63,721 nucleotides of DNA, filler included, from Lama guanicoe (GCA_013239625.1; 182 parts of 182 records of this genome joined end to end with filler, not necessarily neighbours in it), one strand, 5' to 3'; positions 36,801 through 50,519 are shown, numbered from the whole stretch's first letter. Notes: generated by a model not told the origin, from the letters alone. A program made the numbers and translations.

Positions 36801-38549
36801 CAAATGGGTAAATATTTTTAAATGGTTATTTTGAATGAGATAAGTAAAATGGACATTTTTGGATTTAAATACAAGGTTTGATAGTACACTATGTAAATTT
36901 AAAAAAAAAAAAGACCAAAGAGATCAACTACTGCCCCCCCAACATTAAAGTTCAAACAAGTCCGTTTTATTGAAACTTGACGATCCCAGAGATTTCTCTA
37001 TAAAATTAGATACAGTGCACAAAAAAAAAAAAAAAAAAAAAAAAANNNNNNNNNNNNNNNNNNNNNNNNNNNNNNNNNNNNNNNNNNNNTTAATTAATTA
37101 ANNNNNNNNNNNNNNNNNNNNNNNNNNNNNNNNNNNNNNNNNNNNAATATCAAAACTTCAATTGTCCCATATTCTTCAAATTTATACAATCTACAAACTT
37201 TAAATTTAGCATGTATAATTTGAAAAGAAAAAAAGTAAGGTGAAGTAGTCATGAACTAAAGGCCGTACAGCTCAGTAAGTTAACTAGAGCGAGCCTGACA
37301 TGTGGTAAGTATCTCGAGCTCAGAAGTCCCAGCTCTATAACCAACAACTATTTGTTCCTGGACAAGGTGCTTCTCTTCAGCTCAAAGTCTCCCTTTNNNN
37401 NNNNNNNNNNNNNNNNNNNNNNNNNNNNNNNNNNNNNNNNTTAATTAATTAANNNNNNNNNNNNNNNNNNNNNNNNNNNNNNNNNNNNNNNNNNNNCCCT
37501 CGTCTCACTTCTACTTTCTGGTTTACTGGAGCCACGGCCAGGGCTTGGTGTCTGCTCAGCTCTGGGGGCGCCGTGTCAGCTTTGACTCCCAACTCCCCCG
37601 CGACTTGGCTTCTAGGTGTTTCGGTGAGTAACGTGCTCTCAGTCTGTGGGTGTGTTTCCTCCCGGTAGCCCAGGCTGCAGCCTCACGCTCACAGGAAGCC
37701 ACATGCGCCTGTATCATCCCCGGTGAGAGCCGGCTCTCCGGGCACTCNNNNNNNNNNNNNNNNNNNNNNNNNNNNNNNNNNNNNNNNNNNNTTAATTAAT
37801 TAANNNNNNNNNNNNNNNNNNNNNNNNNNNNNNNNNNNNNNNNNNNNAAAAAAAAAATCCTTTTAAATATAAAAGCTCTCTCAGTTCAAAGATCTGTCAT
37901 GTGGCCACCAGGAATTTAGAATCTCCCAAAGAATACCAGTTCCAAAATGTGACTCAAATCCAATAAGCCTTTTTGTTACTGGGCCCTTTCCAGACTCTTG
38001 GACAGCAATACCGTAGAAATAAAAACTGCTTCCACAAGACTCTTAGGCGGGGAAAGCTTTTTATTAAAAGAGATGGCTTGTGCACAAGGGAGAAGGTGNN
38101 NNNNNNNNNNNNNNNNNNNNNNNNNNNNNNNNNNNNNNNNNNTTAATTAATTAANNNNNNNNNNNNNNNNNNNNNNNNNNNNNNNNNNNNNNNNNNNNTG
38201 TGCTACACGCTCAGTCTCCAAGAAGGATTTGCTTTGAATGAGAGCTCCGGTGGTAAAATTGAAAAAAAAAATTTCTTTTTGATCGCCTCACTTTGTAGAT
38301 GGATTCTGTGATTATAGAGTCTACTTTCTCATCAGATTTGTTTTTGAACCAGCATGTAGCTTATGCATGGAGGGAAAGGAGGTGCTGTGGTAGAAAACTG
38401 AAAGAGTTGGCCAAGAATTGGCCAAGAGGAGACCTTCATGTTTAGTTCCNNNNNNNNNNNNNNNNNNNNNNNNNNNNNNNNNNNNNNNNNNNNTTAATTA
38501 ATTAANNNNNNNNNNNNNNNNNNNNNNNNNNNNNNNNNNNNNNNNNNNN

Positions 38550-38800
38550 GCCTGGACCCACACTGACACATCATTCTCACCTAAAGCGCATAGCTCACGT
38601 TAGAGTTCACTCTTGATGTTGTACATTTTACAGGTGCGGACAAATGCATCATTGCATGTATCCATCACTAAGGTATCGTAAGAGTATTTGCATCACCTAG
38701 AAATCCTCTGTGCCTGCCTGTTCATCCCTCCTCACCACCCCCTACCCCTGACAACCACTGATCTTTTCACTGTCTCCACACTTCTGCCTTTTCCAGAATG
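38550..38800 (-). mobile_element. L1MC-type 3' end
   Basis: 'ttagagttcactcttgatgttgtacatt...aaatcctctgtgc...caaccactgatcttttcactgtctcca...gccttttccagaatg'. Confidence 0.75.
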
Positions 38801-38981
38801 NNNNNNNNNNNNNNNNNNNNNNNNNNNNNNNNNNNNNNNNNNNNTTAATTAATTAANNNNNNNNNNNNNNNNNNNNNNNNNNNNNNNNNNNNNNNNNNNN
38901 GGAACCTTGCTGATACCAAGACTCTGGATTATTGTAGAGTTCAGACATGTCTGCTCTGGGTCCCTTCATGGTTGCCAAAAC

Positions 38982-39125
38982 TGTCAAAGAAAATGCACAA
39001 CATGAGAGTTGTGAGTTTAAGTTTTATTCAGGGTCTTACTGAGACTATGGCCTAGAAGACAACCACTCAGAAGCTCTCAGAAAACTGCTGCACAGAGGTA
39101 GGAGATAAGCCAGTATATATGTGAC
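38982..39125 (-). mobile_element. ERV1-type LTR 3' terminus (U5/R)
   Basis: Starts with TG at 38982; reverse poly(A) signal 'tttatt' about 40 bp inside. Confidence 0.6.
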
Positions 39126-41006
39126 TTTTTTTTTTTTTTTTTTTTAGGAAANNNNNNNNNNNNNNNNNNNNNNNNNNNNNNNNNNNNNNNNNNNNTTAAT
39201 TAATTAANNNNNNNNNNNNNNNNNNNNNNNNNNNNNNNNNNNNNNNNNNNNTACATAGTTCCCAATGTTTTGTTCATAGTAGGCAGTTAATAAATAATTG
39301 GTTTATTTTTTTTTAACCTTATATACTGGGCTTCAGTAGAATTTTCCTTTACCGAGGTGAAGACATTCTGTCAACAAATCCTTCATATTGCAATCATGAA
39401 AAGAAAGTATATTTCGTCAAGTACATTTGGGATTTCACAGGCACTTAAGTAATTTAAGGTAATTATTTTATTTTTTATTTTTTATTGTGTTAAAAAATAC
39501 ATNNNNNNNNNNNNNNNNNNNNNNNNNNNNNNNNNNNNNNNNNNNNTTAATTAATTAANNNNNNNNNNNNNNNNNNNNNNNNNNNNNNNNNNNNNNNNNN
39601 NNAGTATTTATTTGGCCCCCACTTTTAATTAAACAGCATTTTGAATTCATTATGGGTTCCCCTGCAGTTGTCAGGGAGGCGGCACGCCCTTTGCCCAGTT
39701 CCCCCACGGGCTAAGCGCTTGCGGGCCTGCAGCACAGCTCACGGCCAGGAGGTCCACATTGACACATCAAAGCCCAGAGCACCTCCGTTCCCCCAGGACC
39801 CCTTACATTGCCCGTTTACAGCCACAGCACCTTCCTCAGCCCTCAGCCCCACCNNNNNNNNNNNNNNNNNNNNNNNNNNNNNNNNNNNNNNNNNNNNTTA
39901 ATTAATTAANNNNNNNNNNNNNNNNNNNNNNNNNNNNNNNNNNNNNNNNNNNNAGTTCTAGGAGACTCGTCAATTTAGAAATACTCAGTTTCTACTGAAA
40001 TGATTTCTTTCTAAGGGGTAGGACTGATCCATCCTAAACCATCATTTAAAATGACGTTTCCACTCTCAGTGGGGTTTCCACTTGCTCTTAGGGCCTGTTG
40101 GAAGCTGCAGTTTCACTCATTACAGTAGCAACTTCCTGAACCTTAAACAAGAAATAAGGGGAAAAAATTGATTAAAAAAGAAAAAGAAGTTGATAAATCA
40201 ACAANNNNNNNNNNNNNNNNNNNNNNNNNNNNNNNNNNNNNNNNNNNNTTAATTAATTAANNNNNNNNNNNNNNNNNNNNNNNNNNNNNNNNNNNNNNNN
40301 NNNNTACTAATAGCAGACATCAAAAAGAAAAGATAATGTAAAAAAGTCATTCATATTTATTTACAGATGTATCAATTCACACATTGATAATGAAGAAACA
40401 GCACTGTGATTGCTGTATAGTAGCCAAATATAATTGATATGATTGCTTCATGGTAACCTAGCATATACACTAATGAATAAATCATTATAAAATTTTTATG
40501 GAATTCATTTCAGCAGTCATATTCATAATATAATACTGGGTTCACTAAAAAAACTNNNNNNNNNNNNNNNNNNNNNNNNNNNNNNNNNNNNNNNNNNNNT
40601 TAATTAATTAANNNNNNNNNNNNNNNNNNNNNNNNNNNNNNNNNNNNNNNNNNNNGTGAATGAAAGAAAAGGTGTTCACTTGTAACAGAATTGTAAGAGG
40701 TAAAGAAAGGCTGAGGCTTGGGAGAGCACAAATTAGTCTTACACCTATTGGAAATCTGACCAAATCTAGACCCTCTCAGGTAGGTGGCCCTGTTTGCCCT
40801 GGCCCTGAGGGAGTGAGCCTATGGATTGAAGACTTCATTTCACCAGCAGGTATAGCATCATATATTTCAAAGACTTCTGTGTGTGTTTTTTTTTTAAAGT
40901 GATTAANNNNNNNNNNNNNNNNNNNNNNNNNNNNNNNNNNNNNNNNNNNNTTAATTAATTAANNNNNNNNNNNNNNNNNNNNNNNNNNNNNNNNNNNNNN
41001 NNNNNN

Positions 41007-41257
41007 TTCTTCCTGTTTGGGACCCTCTGAGCTTCCTGTACTTGCATATCTGATTCCTTCTTTAGGTTTGGGACGTTTTCACTCATGATTTCTTCCAATA
41101 CTTTTTCAATCACCTTTGCTCTTTCTTCCCCTCTGGAACTCTTATTATGTGTAGATTGGCATGCTTTATTTTATCCCATAGGTCACTAATATTGTTTTCA
41201 TTGGTTTCCATTTGTTTTTCTCTCAGCTGTTCTGATTGGGTGCTTTCTGTTGTCCTG
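41007..41257 (-). mobile_element. L1 ORF1 fragment
   Basis: The reverse strand encodes NLHIIRVPEGEE, EEIMSENVPNL and IQVQEAQRVPNR-like motifs. Confidence 0.9.
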
Positions 41258-41722
41258 NNNNNNNNNNNNNNNNNNNNNNNNNNNNNNNNNNNNNNNNNNN
41301 NTTAATTAATTAANNNNNNNNNNNNNNNNNNNNNNNNNNNNNNNNNNNNNNNNNNNNTAATTAACGTAAGCCCATTCTATGGTATGAACTAGCCAAGCAA
41401 TGTAAGACTCGTGGAAGCCATTATGTTACTTCCTGCCTTAATCCAGAGAAGATACAAAACAGATTACATTATGTTGTTATGTGATATTGTATGATATTAT
41501 ATTAATAGAAAAATCTAGTTTCCTAATTACTTTCATATGTACTAAGTATAGCCTGGGATTTGAAGTGGATCTTAAGATAAAGATTTGACTGAAAAGGATG
41601 GAGTGGAANNNNNNNNNNNNNNNNNNNNNNNNNNNNNNNNNNNNNNNNNNNNTTAATTAATTAANNNNNNNNNNNNNNNNNNNNNNNNNNNNNNNNNNNN
41701 NNNNNNNNGCGCGCAGGCGCGG

Positions 41723-41959
41723 TCACAGCGTGCTCAGGTGCGGCAGCGCGGCCAGCGGCCCCGCGCGGTCGCGCGCCGCGGCCGCCGACTCCACGCCGCG
41801 CAGCCACTCGGTGCACTTGCGCACCAGGCCCTCGTCGGCGGCCTCGGCCTCCTCCTCGTACTCCACGTCGTCGTACTTGTGCCGCTCGTTGAGCAGCGAC
41901 ACCTTGAGCAGCGGGCGCAGGTCGGCGGGCCGCGCGCCGGGGTCGGGGGTCTGCTGCCC
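41723..41959 (-). CDS. PRR18: Proline-rich protein 18, C-terminal 78 aa plus stop (5'-partial); absent from ORF track
   Basis: [78 protein letters not shown]. The [15 protein letters not shown] and [16 protein letters not shown] motifs are recognised from PRR18; GC3 is very high. Confidence 0.85.
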   Translation of the reverse strand, partial: GQQTPDPGARPADLRPLLKVSLLNERHKYDDVEYEEEAEAADEGLVRKCTEWLRGVESAAAARDRAGPLAALPHLSTL

Positions 41960-42761
41960 NNNNNNNNNNNNNNNNNNNNNNNNNNNNNNNNNNNNNNNNN
42001 NNNTTAATTAATTAANNNNNNNNNNNNNNNNNNNNNNNNNNNNNNNNNNNNNNNNNNNNTACTGCATAGATATTCTTAATGAATAAGCCCAGTGTATGTT
42101 AAAAATAACTTTTGGCTTTAGGATTACAGAAATGGCAAGCGTGCTTTTTGATTTGAACAGCTCAGAGTCTCATAAGGAGGATAAACAAGTAAAGAAAGGC
42201 TTGGTGAGAGTTGCTCTTGGAAGAGGAAACCACAGTGCTGAGGGATAAATCAGAAGACCATATAAGGCTTTTTGCACAGCTATCATCTTGGTTGTAGGAC
42301 TTTTTTGGAANNNNNNNNNNNNNNNNNNNNNNNNNNNNNNNNNNNNNNNNNNNNTTAATTAATTAANNNNNNNNNNNNNNNNNNNNNNNNNNNNNNNNNN
42401 NNNNNNNNNNGGCTGGGTGACTTTCTAAGACGCTGGGATTCTGTAGGTCTAGGAAACGTACGGACTTGCTTAAGACCTCTTAGCAGTGAGCACAGACTAT
42501 GTGCCAGCACTGACATCCGTGTCGGTGAGCACGGAAGAAGGAAACACTACAGACGTTCCCTCAAAATGAAACAGAGACTCAGAATTCAGTGCATTTCTCT
42601 GGGGAGTAAAAAAAAAGCTCACCCAGAGAGCTTGAGACATTCCAGAGAAAAGAACGACTTTNNNNNNNNNNNNNNNNNNNNNNNNNNNNNNNNNNNNNNN
42701 NNNNNTTAATTAATTAANNNNNNNNNNNNNNNNNNNNNNNNNNNNNNNNNNNNNNNNNNNN

Positions 42762-43012
42762 GAGGATCTGAGTAGACATTTTTCAAAGAAGACGTACAGA
42801 TGGACAAAAGACACATGAAGAGATTCTCAATATCATAAGCATCATGGAAATGCAAATCAAAAGCACAGTAAGACACCACCTGACACCTACCAGAATGGCC
42901 TTCATCAAAAAGACAGACAGTAACAAGTGTTGGCAAGGATGTGGAGAAAAGGGAACCACCATGCACTGTTGGTGGGAATGTAAATTGTTGCAGCCACTAT
43001 GGAAAACAGTAT
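42762..43012 (+). mobile_element. L1 ORF2 C-terminal CCHC fragment
   Basis: [55 protein letters not shown]. Confidence 0.95.
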
Positions 43013-44544
43013 NNNNNNNNNNNNNNNNNNNNNNNNNNNNNNNNNNNNNNNNNNNNTTAATTAATTAANNNNNNNNNNNNNNNNNNNNNNNNNNNNNNNN
43101 NNNNNNNNNNNNTTAGGAAGGAGGGACAGGATGAGCTGTGTGAAGGGGTGGGTGGGCGCTATAGGCAGAACTGCCACAGGCAGGGAAGAGGAGCTTCCTT
43201 GAAGTGGGCCCCAGGGGCTTGGAATGCCTGGAGAGTGTTGCCCCGTCAGTTACCAGTGGTTAATTTTTCAGTCAACAAACACCCCATGAGGCCTGCTCTG
43301 TGCCGGGCTCTGGGGATTCTGAGATGAGCCAGACAGGTGTGGCCAGATGCTGAGAGGGGGACANNNNNNNNNNNNNNNNNNNNNNNNNNNNNNNNNNNNN
43401 NNNNNNNTTAATTAATTAANNNNNNNNNNNNNNNNNNNNNNNNNNNNNNNNNNNNNNNNNNNNCAGCAAAATTATTACAGTATATAAGTAATCACTGATA
43501 TTGATTTATTTTGGTTATACATATCAAGGAAAAGAAAGTAATAGTATGTCAAAAATCCCAAGAATTTAATATAAGGTCTCACAGCAAACTTGTACTTGTC
43601 TTCAACCAGCAGATTTGAACAATAACAAAAAAAAACTGGAGGTGCGGATAGTTGACTAGATGGTACACAGAGGTAAAGAGTATAATGGCCCAAAGTTGGA
43701 AATTAGGAAAAATGNNNNNNNNNNNNNNNNNNNNNNNNNNNNNNNNNNNNNNNNNNNNTTAATTAATTAANNNNNNNNNNNNNNNNNNNNNNNNNNNNNN
43801 NNNNNNNNNNNNNNCCGTCATCTTGTAGGAGATGAAATTTGCATGAATGGGCTCGAGTTTTCTCTCTTGAGATTCGAGGACTGAATGAGACCATCTGCAG
43901 AGATATGTTTAGCATCTATTTAGATGTTTTTAGAGTCGGTTTAATTGATAATCAAGACTCAAGCCTGTTGGTGAGCAAATTGGCTTCTCTTTTAGGGAAC
44001 TGTGTTTCCCAAGCTCAAAAGCAAAATTCCCGTTGCCAAATCTCAGAACTCTTAGGAAATGGTGTNNNNNNNNNNNNNNNNNNNNNNNNNNNNNNNNNNN
44101 NNNNNNNNNTTAATTAATTAANNNNNNNNNNNNNNNNNNNNNNNNNNNNNNNNNNNNNNNNNNNNTCCTGCTGAATCATAAAGTGAATGTTCTAAAAATC
44201 TGTCTTTTTTCCTAATATTCAGTGTTGTGGATTTTAGCTGCATCACCTGTGGCTCTGTGACTCAGCCATCTCTTTCCATCACACATCACACCTCCCGATG
44301 TGGGTTCATTACTGTGAGCCATCATAGGCTGAAATCCACTGCTATAATCTTGCTATTTATTACCAGCCATTTAGAAGTTGCTGAAGATTAAAAATATTTA
44401 TCTTAAAGTCTAAAAGNNNNNNNNNNNNNNNNNNNNNNNNNNNNNNNNNNNNNNNNNNNNTTAATTAATTAANNNNNNNNNNNNNNNNNNNNNNNNNNNN
44501 NNNNNNNNNNNNNNNNTTAACACTCTTAAAAATTAAAAACATAA

Positions 44545-44767
44545 ATTCAGATATAGAGAATAAACTAGTGGTTACCAGTGGAGGGCAGGAGAGGGGGAAG
44601 GGAAATAAAGCAATGGGAACTGAGGGGTACAAACTATTAGGTGTAAAATAAGCTAGAAGGATAGATTGTACAACATGGGGAATATAGCCAATATTTTATA
44701 ACTGTAAATGGAGTGTAACTTTTAAAAACTGTGAATCACTATATTGTACACCTGTAACATATAATAT
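44545..44767 (+). mobile_element. L1 3' UTR (L1MA/laurasiatherian type)
   Basis: 'cagatatagagaataaactagtggttaccagtgg...gtacaacatggggaatatagccaatatttt...gaatcactatattgtacacctg'. Confidence 0.8.
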
Positions 44768-45726
44768 NNNNNNNNNNNNNNNNNNNNNNNNNNNNNNNNN
44801 NNNNNNNNNNNTTAATTAATTAANNNNNNNNNNNNNNNNNNNNNNNNNNNNNNNNNNNNNNNNNNNNATGGAAGCCTACTGTGTACCTGGCGCTAAACTG
44901 GTCTTTGTATGCTACCATTCCCTCCCTCCTCGTCCTGCCCTCCGCCACCTTTTCTAGGACATAAACTACATCAAATTTAATTTACCTGCCTCCTGTTGTT
45001 GCCTTCCTCTGTGACATGAAGTTATACTCAAAGACACTCTTTGTTGGTCTTGTTGGCTTGAGGTCAAGCTTGTGCGATCTTTGATAAATCACCAACCTCC
45101 CTAGACCTTGGTGTCTCCNNNNNNNNNNNNNNNNNNNNNNNNNNNNNNNNNNNNNNNNNNNNTTAATTAATTAANNNNNNNNNNNNNNNNNNNNNNNNNN
45201 NNNNNNNNNNNNNNNNNNCAATTTCCGAGAGATGCCGGAAGGGTGGGGTGTCCGTCCTGCCTGTCTGAGAGCCCCAGGGCTGCGGTCGCCTCGATAAGGA
45301 GGTAAAATTAAGTTCTATTTAATATTTGGAGTCTCAGCGCTTTCTCCCTCCGTCTTCTCTTGCCTGACTTGAAAGGGACGGAGCGATGGTTCTGCTGTTT
45401 CCCGTTATCACTGTGTCAGAAGGGAAATTCGGCCATAGCTGCGTGCTCAAGTGAGCAACGGTTCACAGGNNNNNNNNNNNNNNNNNNNNNNNNNNNNNNN
45501 NNNNNNNNNNNNNTTAATTAATTAANNNNNNNNNNNNNNNNNNNNNNNNNNNNNNNNNNNNNNNNNNNNCTGGCCCAAAGTCACACAGCTAACAAATTAG
45601 TAGAGCTAATATTCCAACGGAGCCTTTGACTGATGTCACAGTGTACTAACTCCTTGGACTTTACTAAGAGTTAAAATATCCTCTAAGTTCATGAACTGAA
45701 AAGACTACCAAATCTCCTTTGGTTAA

Positions 45727-45767
45727 AACAACAACAACAACAACAACAACAAACAAACGAACAAAAA
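45727..45767 (+). repeat. (AAC)n/(AAAC)n microsatellite
   Basis: Direct inspection. Confidence 0.85.
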
Positions 45768-46271
45768 ACCGAAGAAACTCTTCAGTGAATAAGCACTTGT
45801 TTGTTTTTTCATTTTTAAATNNNNNNNNNNNNNNNNNNNNNNNNNNNNNNNNNNNNNNNNNNNNTTAATTAATTAANNNNNNNNNNNNNNNNNNNNNNNN
45901 NNNNNNNNNNNNNNNNNNNNATGAGAAATTCAAGGTAAAGAATTGTTCTGCTGTGAGAGTCACTGAAAATATGTAACAAGCACTCTCAGGGTGCCCAAAG
46001 GGAACGCGGCGGGGGGTGCAGACCTCACTGGGGAAGGTGTGTTTGCAGACGACTAGATGGTGGAGAGGTTCACCTGGATGCCTGGGCGCAGCTGGTCCAC
46101 GGGCAACAGGCAAGTGGGAAGCAGCCTTCCAGCGTGCAGGCTGACGGTGGGCACAGAGGGGTCACGGTGCTNNNNNNNNNNNNNNNNNNNNNNNNNNNNN
46201 NNNNNNNNNNNNNNNTTAATTAATTAANNNNNNNNNNNNNNNNNNNNNNNNNNNNNNNNNNNNNNNNNNNN

Positions 46272-47224
46272 AAATTGAAATGAGTATTATGGCTACCTCA
46301 GATTTAGAATCAAAATAACTACTGAAATAATGAGTAAGATAACTCAGATACTCCCAAATGAGTACCAGGGGTGCAGAATTAGACTCAAAGTAACAGAGGC
46401 ACACGGAAGCGGAGACGGCATCTGCATCCCAGAACGGAATGAGATGGACATCAAAGTTTGGTCCACACATGTACCTTCCTTCAGCCACTCTGCCTCCCGT
46501 ACGTAGGCAAAATACCATCGCTNNNNNNNNNNNNNNNNNNNNNNNNNNNNNNNNNNNNNNNNNNNNTTAATTAATTAANNNNNNNNNNNNNNNNNNNNNN
46601 NNNNNNNNNNNNNNNNNNNNNNAGAAGTCACAGAAAGCTCTTCTTAAAAGACTTTAGGAAATGGAAATTTACAAATAATATTTTCCTGTCTGTTAGCTTT
46701 TCCTTATTTTTATCCAGTTGTTGTTGAGGATAATCAGGAGATTTCAAGTTGACATTAAAGTTGATATAAAGTATGTCAAACCTAAATTCCAGGAAGAATT
46801 TGATGGAGAGTCAAAAAATCCTTGTTTCTGGTGCAGTCCCAAATCAGACAACAACCTCAAACTTGGCGGTAGCNNNNNNNNNNNNNNNNNNNNNNNNNNN
46901 NNNNNNNNNNNNNNNNNTTAATTAATTAANNNNNNNNNNNNNNNNNNNNNNNNNNNNNNNNNNNNNNNNNNNNAAATTGAAATGAGTATTATGGCTACCT
47001 CAGATTTAGAATCAAAATAACTGCTGAAATAATGAGTAAGATAACTCAGATACTCCCAAAAGAGTACCAGGGGTACAGAATTAGACTCAAAGTAACAGAG
47101 GCACACGGAAGCAGAGACGGCATCTGCATCCCAGAACAGAATGAGATGGACATCAAAGTTTGGTCCACACATGTGCCTTCCTTCAGCCACTCTGCCTCCC
47201 GTACGTAGGCAAAATACCATCGCT
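46272..47224 (+). repeat. Near-identical contig pair (46272-46522 and 46974-47224), 6 substitutions
   Basis: Direct alignment; 49 identical bases at each end. One unrelated contig lies between the two copies. Confidence 0.95.
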
Positions 47225-48026
47225 NNNNNNNNNNNNNNNNNNNNNNNNNNNNNNNNNNNNNNNNNNNNTTAATTAATTAANNNNNNNNNNNNNNNNNNNN
47301 NNNNNNNNNNNNNNNNNNNNNNNNAAAAAAAAAGAAAGAAAAGGCAGTGACACTCTGTACAGCATATGAGTGAAATTACAGAGATGTTGAGAGGTCAAAG
47401 AGAGATGAAGAATGTGAGGTGAGCGGAAGTGTGTTGTGCAAAGGGAATCATTACAATCCGGTGAGACTTCCCAACACATGATGACATTTTCTACTTTAAA
47501 CAGAAGAAAACTTAGTGTTCATTTTGGACCCATTATGAACAAGTTGCCATATTGAATTTATAAAATACAACATTTNNNNNNNNNNNNNNNNNNNNNNNNN
47601 NNNNNNNNNNNNNNNNNNNTTAATTAATTAANNNNNNNNNNNNNNNNNNNNNNNNNNNNNNNNNNNNNNNNNNNNAAGTTTGCAAATGTAAAATGCCTAG
47701 GGTACCACCTGCATAAAAAGGGGGAACTGTACAAATTTACAATCCCTCCTTTATGAGCTATATTTCCTTTGGGGGGTTATAACTTCTCAGAGATAATTTT
47801 CTCAGATTAAAAAAGAAAATATTACCTGATTATCAGTACTGCTGAAGAATCTAATAACCCTATGAAAGCATCTGACCCACTGAGGTTACTCAATAAAAGT
47901 TTGTTGAATGAATGAATAAACAAGCANNNNNNNNNNNNNNNNNNNNNNNNNNNNNNNNNNNNNNNNNNNNTTAATTAATTAANNNNNNNNNNNNNNNNNN
48001 NNNNNNNNNNNNNNNNNNNNNNNNNN

Positions 48027-48277
48027 CGGGGGTGGGGGGCACCATGAAATACCACGGCAGCCCGCATCCGCCTCAGGGTCCTGAAAGGCCCCGCGACCAG
48101 GGCCTCACCCACGCCTAACTGCACAGCCTAGGCCTCACCCGCCGACTCCCCGACCTGCACGCCTCCAACACCGCCCCCTTACCTGCCCAGCGGCGGCGGC
48201 CGCTGAGGTTCTACGGCAAGTGGCGGCCCGGTCCCCAGGCCGCTTTCTTCCCAAGGAGCTGGAACAGGAGCGCCGGG
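48027..48277 (-). promoter_or_regulatory. CpG island with first-exon end and donor CAG|GTAAGG (exon boundary 48183)
   Basis: CpG-rich; minus strand reads 'gccgccgccgctgggcag|gtaaggggg'. Confidence 0.55.
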
Positions 48278-50519
48278 NNNNNNNNNNNNNNNNNNNNNNN
48301 NNNNNNNNNNNNNNNNNNNNNTTAATTAATTAANNNNNNNNNNNNNNNNNNNNNNNNNNNNNNNNNNNNNNNNNNNNAACCCAGGAAATGAAACCCATAT
48401 ACCCAACTCACAGTGCCGCAGGCTGTTTATCAGCTTGGATTATGTTGCTGTAATAAGTTCAAAAGAACTGGGCTGTGTTCTGCAGCTGCTAGAGGCAAGT
48501 ATGCTTTAGCAGTAAAGGCTGGCCCTGAACACCTAACCAGTTATGAGGAGGAAAAAGGACGACTTGAAAACTGGAAGGGGGTGCTATCAGACTCAGAAAA
48601 TATGTCTTTAGGAGGAGATAGTCAAGAANNNNNNNNNNNNNNNNNNNNNNNNNNNNNNNNNNNNNNNNNNNNTTAATTAATTAANNNNNNNNNNNNNNNN
48701 NNNNNNNNNNNNNNNNNNNNNNNNNNNNAGGGTCTTACATATACTTCAGAGCATGTACAAAACATACAAATTTATAGAGGATCATTGCTCTGCAGTGAAT
48801 AGTATAAATAAACATGTAAGTTTATATTATGCATAAATGCCATTAAATCATATTTTCAGCATTTTTTTCTTTATAACCTCATTAATAATTCATTTATGGT
48901 TGTGGTAATATATAGGTATGTATGTAAAGATTAATTTTTTTAAATTAAAGCTACTCTATCACTATACATGTGTTGGGAANNNNNNNNNNNNNNNNNNNNN
49001 NNNNNNNNNNNNNNNNNNNNNNNTTAATTAATTAANNNNNNNNNNNNNNNNNNNNNNNNNNNNNNNNNNNNNNNNNNNNAACTCTCAGAGCTTCATTAGA
49101 AAAGGTTGATTCAGTTGGCCTGGGACTCCAAACTTGACCTTGAGTGATCAAGTAACTAGCAACTACTCAGACTTTCAGCCAGTGCCTCCGGTGTGTCAGG
49201 GTATCTGCTCAGATTCCTTAAGCGCCACATAGTCAGTGAAGCAAAGCGTGTCAGGGGATCTGTGGTGAACTATTAGTCAGCGTCCATCTACAGACAGCCA
49301 CAGCCACTGGTCTGTTTCTTGTTCTCACGCNNNNNNNNNNNNNNNNNNNNNNNNNNNNNNNNNNNNNNNNNNNNTTAATTAATTAANNNNNNNNNNNNNN
49401 NNNNNNNNNNNNNNNNNNNNNNNNNNNNNNTTTTTATGTTATGGATAGAATTTTAAATTAAAACAAATATCTTCTATAACAAAATTTGAAATTCCTAAAT
49501 AGTTCAAACTAACTGTTCCAATTGTCCTTTCTAATAATTTCCAAAACTTTTTATTGGTGCAACTTCATTATATCACAAAATCCAAAAAAAAGGAAATTAA
49601 GTAGTTCGTTATAACTCCCTTAAGCAGAAAATTATTACTCCTTTAAGGTGTAAAACCCCAATTTTAGCACAGGCTATCCCCNNNNNNNNNNNNNNNNNNN
49701 NNNNNNNNNNNNNNNNNNNNNNNNNTTAATTAATTAANNNNNNNNNNNNNNNNNNNNNNNNNNNNNNNNNNNNNNNNNNNNGGTTGTATTTACAGAGTTC
49801 AGGCTTTTCTAAAGAAAAGTGTATTTTTACACTGAAACTACAGACAGAAAGATTAAGAACACGTCTTCCTAGAATATACATCCTCGAGAAAATGGAAACA
49901 GTCACAAGAATGTGCTGTGAGGTTTTAATGTTTTTTCTCTTCAGCTGTTTTGCACTTACCGTTGTTATTTCTAGACACTCACTGTGTTCTTTAAAAATTA
50001 CACCACTTATTAACTTTTAAGATAGGTAGGGGNNNNNNNNNNNNNNNNNNNNNNNNNNNNNNNNNNNNNNNNNNNNTTAATTAATTAANNNNNNNNNNNN
50101 NNNNNNNNNNNNNNNNNNNNNNNNNNNNNNNNACAGTAAATACTGATTACATTCACAAAGATTTAACTCCCGAGATTATGTCCAATTGGACACTGATAAG
50201 GCAAAATTAAGTAGAGCAATCACCTTAGTCGACACTTAAAATGGTACTTTCTCCACCAAGTCTTTCAACATGGCTGGGCTAGCCCACTTCAGCACTGGTT
50301 TAATGAGAGTGGTGTACGCCGGCTAGCTGTCAAATTGTCTATGACTATTGCAAATCCTGAGTTTCTTTTTTTCCCACCAGCCTNNNNNNNNNNNNNNNNN
50401 NNNNNNNNNNNNNNNNNNNNNNNNNNNTTAATTAATTAANNNNNNNNNNNNNNNNNNNNNNNNNNNNNNNNNNNNNNNNNNNNTGACACCGTCCCGTGCC
50501 AACCTCAGGGGGCTTATAT

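Noticed and set aside
41730..42011. Plus-strand ORFs of 93 and 89 aa
   Set aside because: Antisense shadows of the GC-rich PRR18 coding frame.
46718..46873. Possible exon after 'ttttatccag' acceptor
   Set aside because: No recognisable protein motif in any frame; insufficient support.
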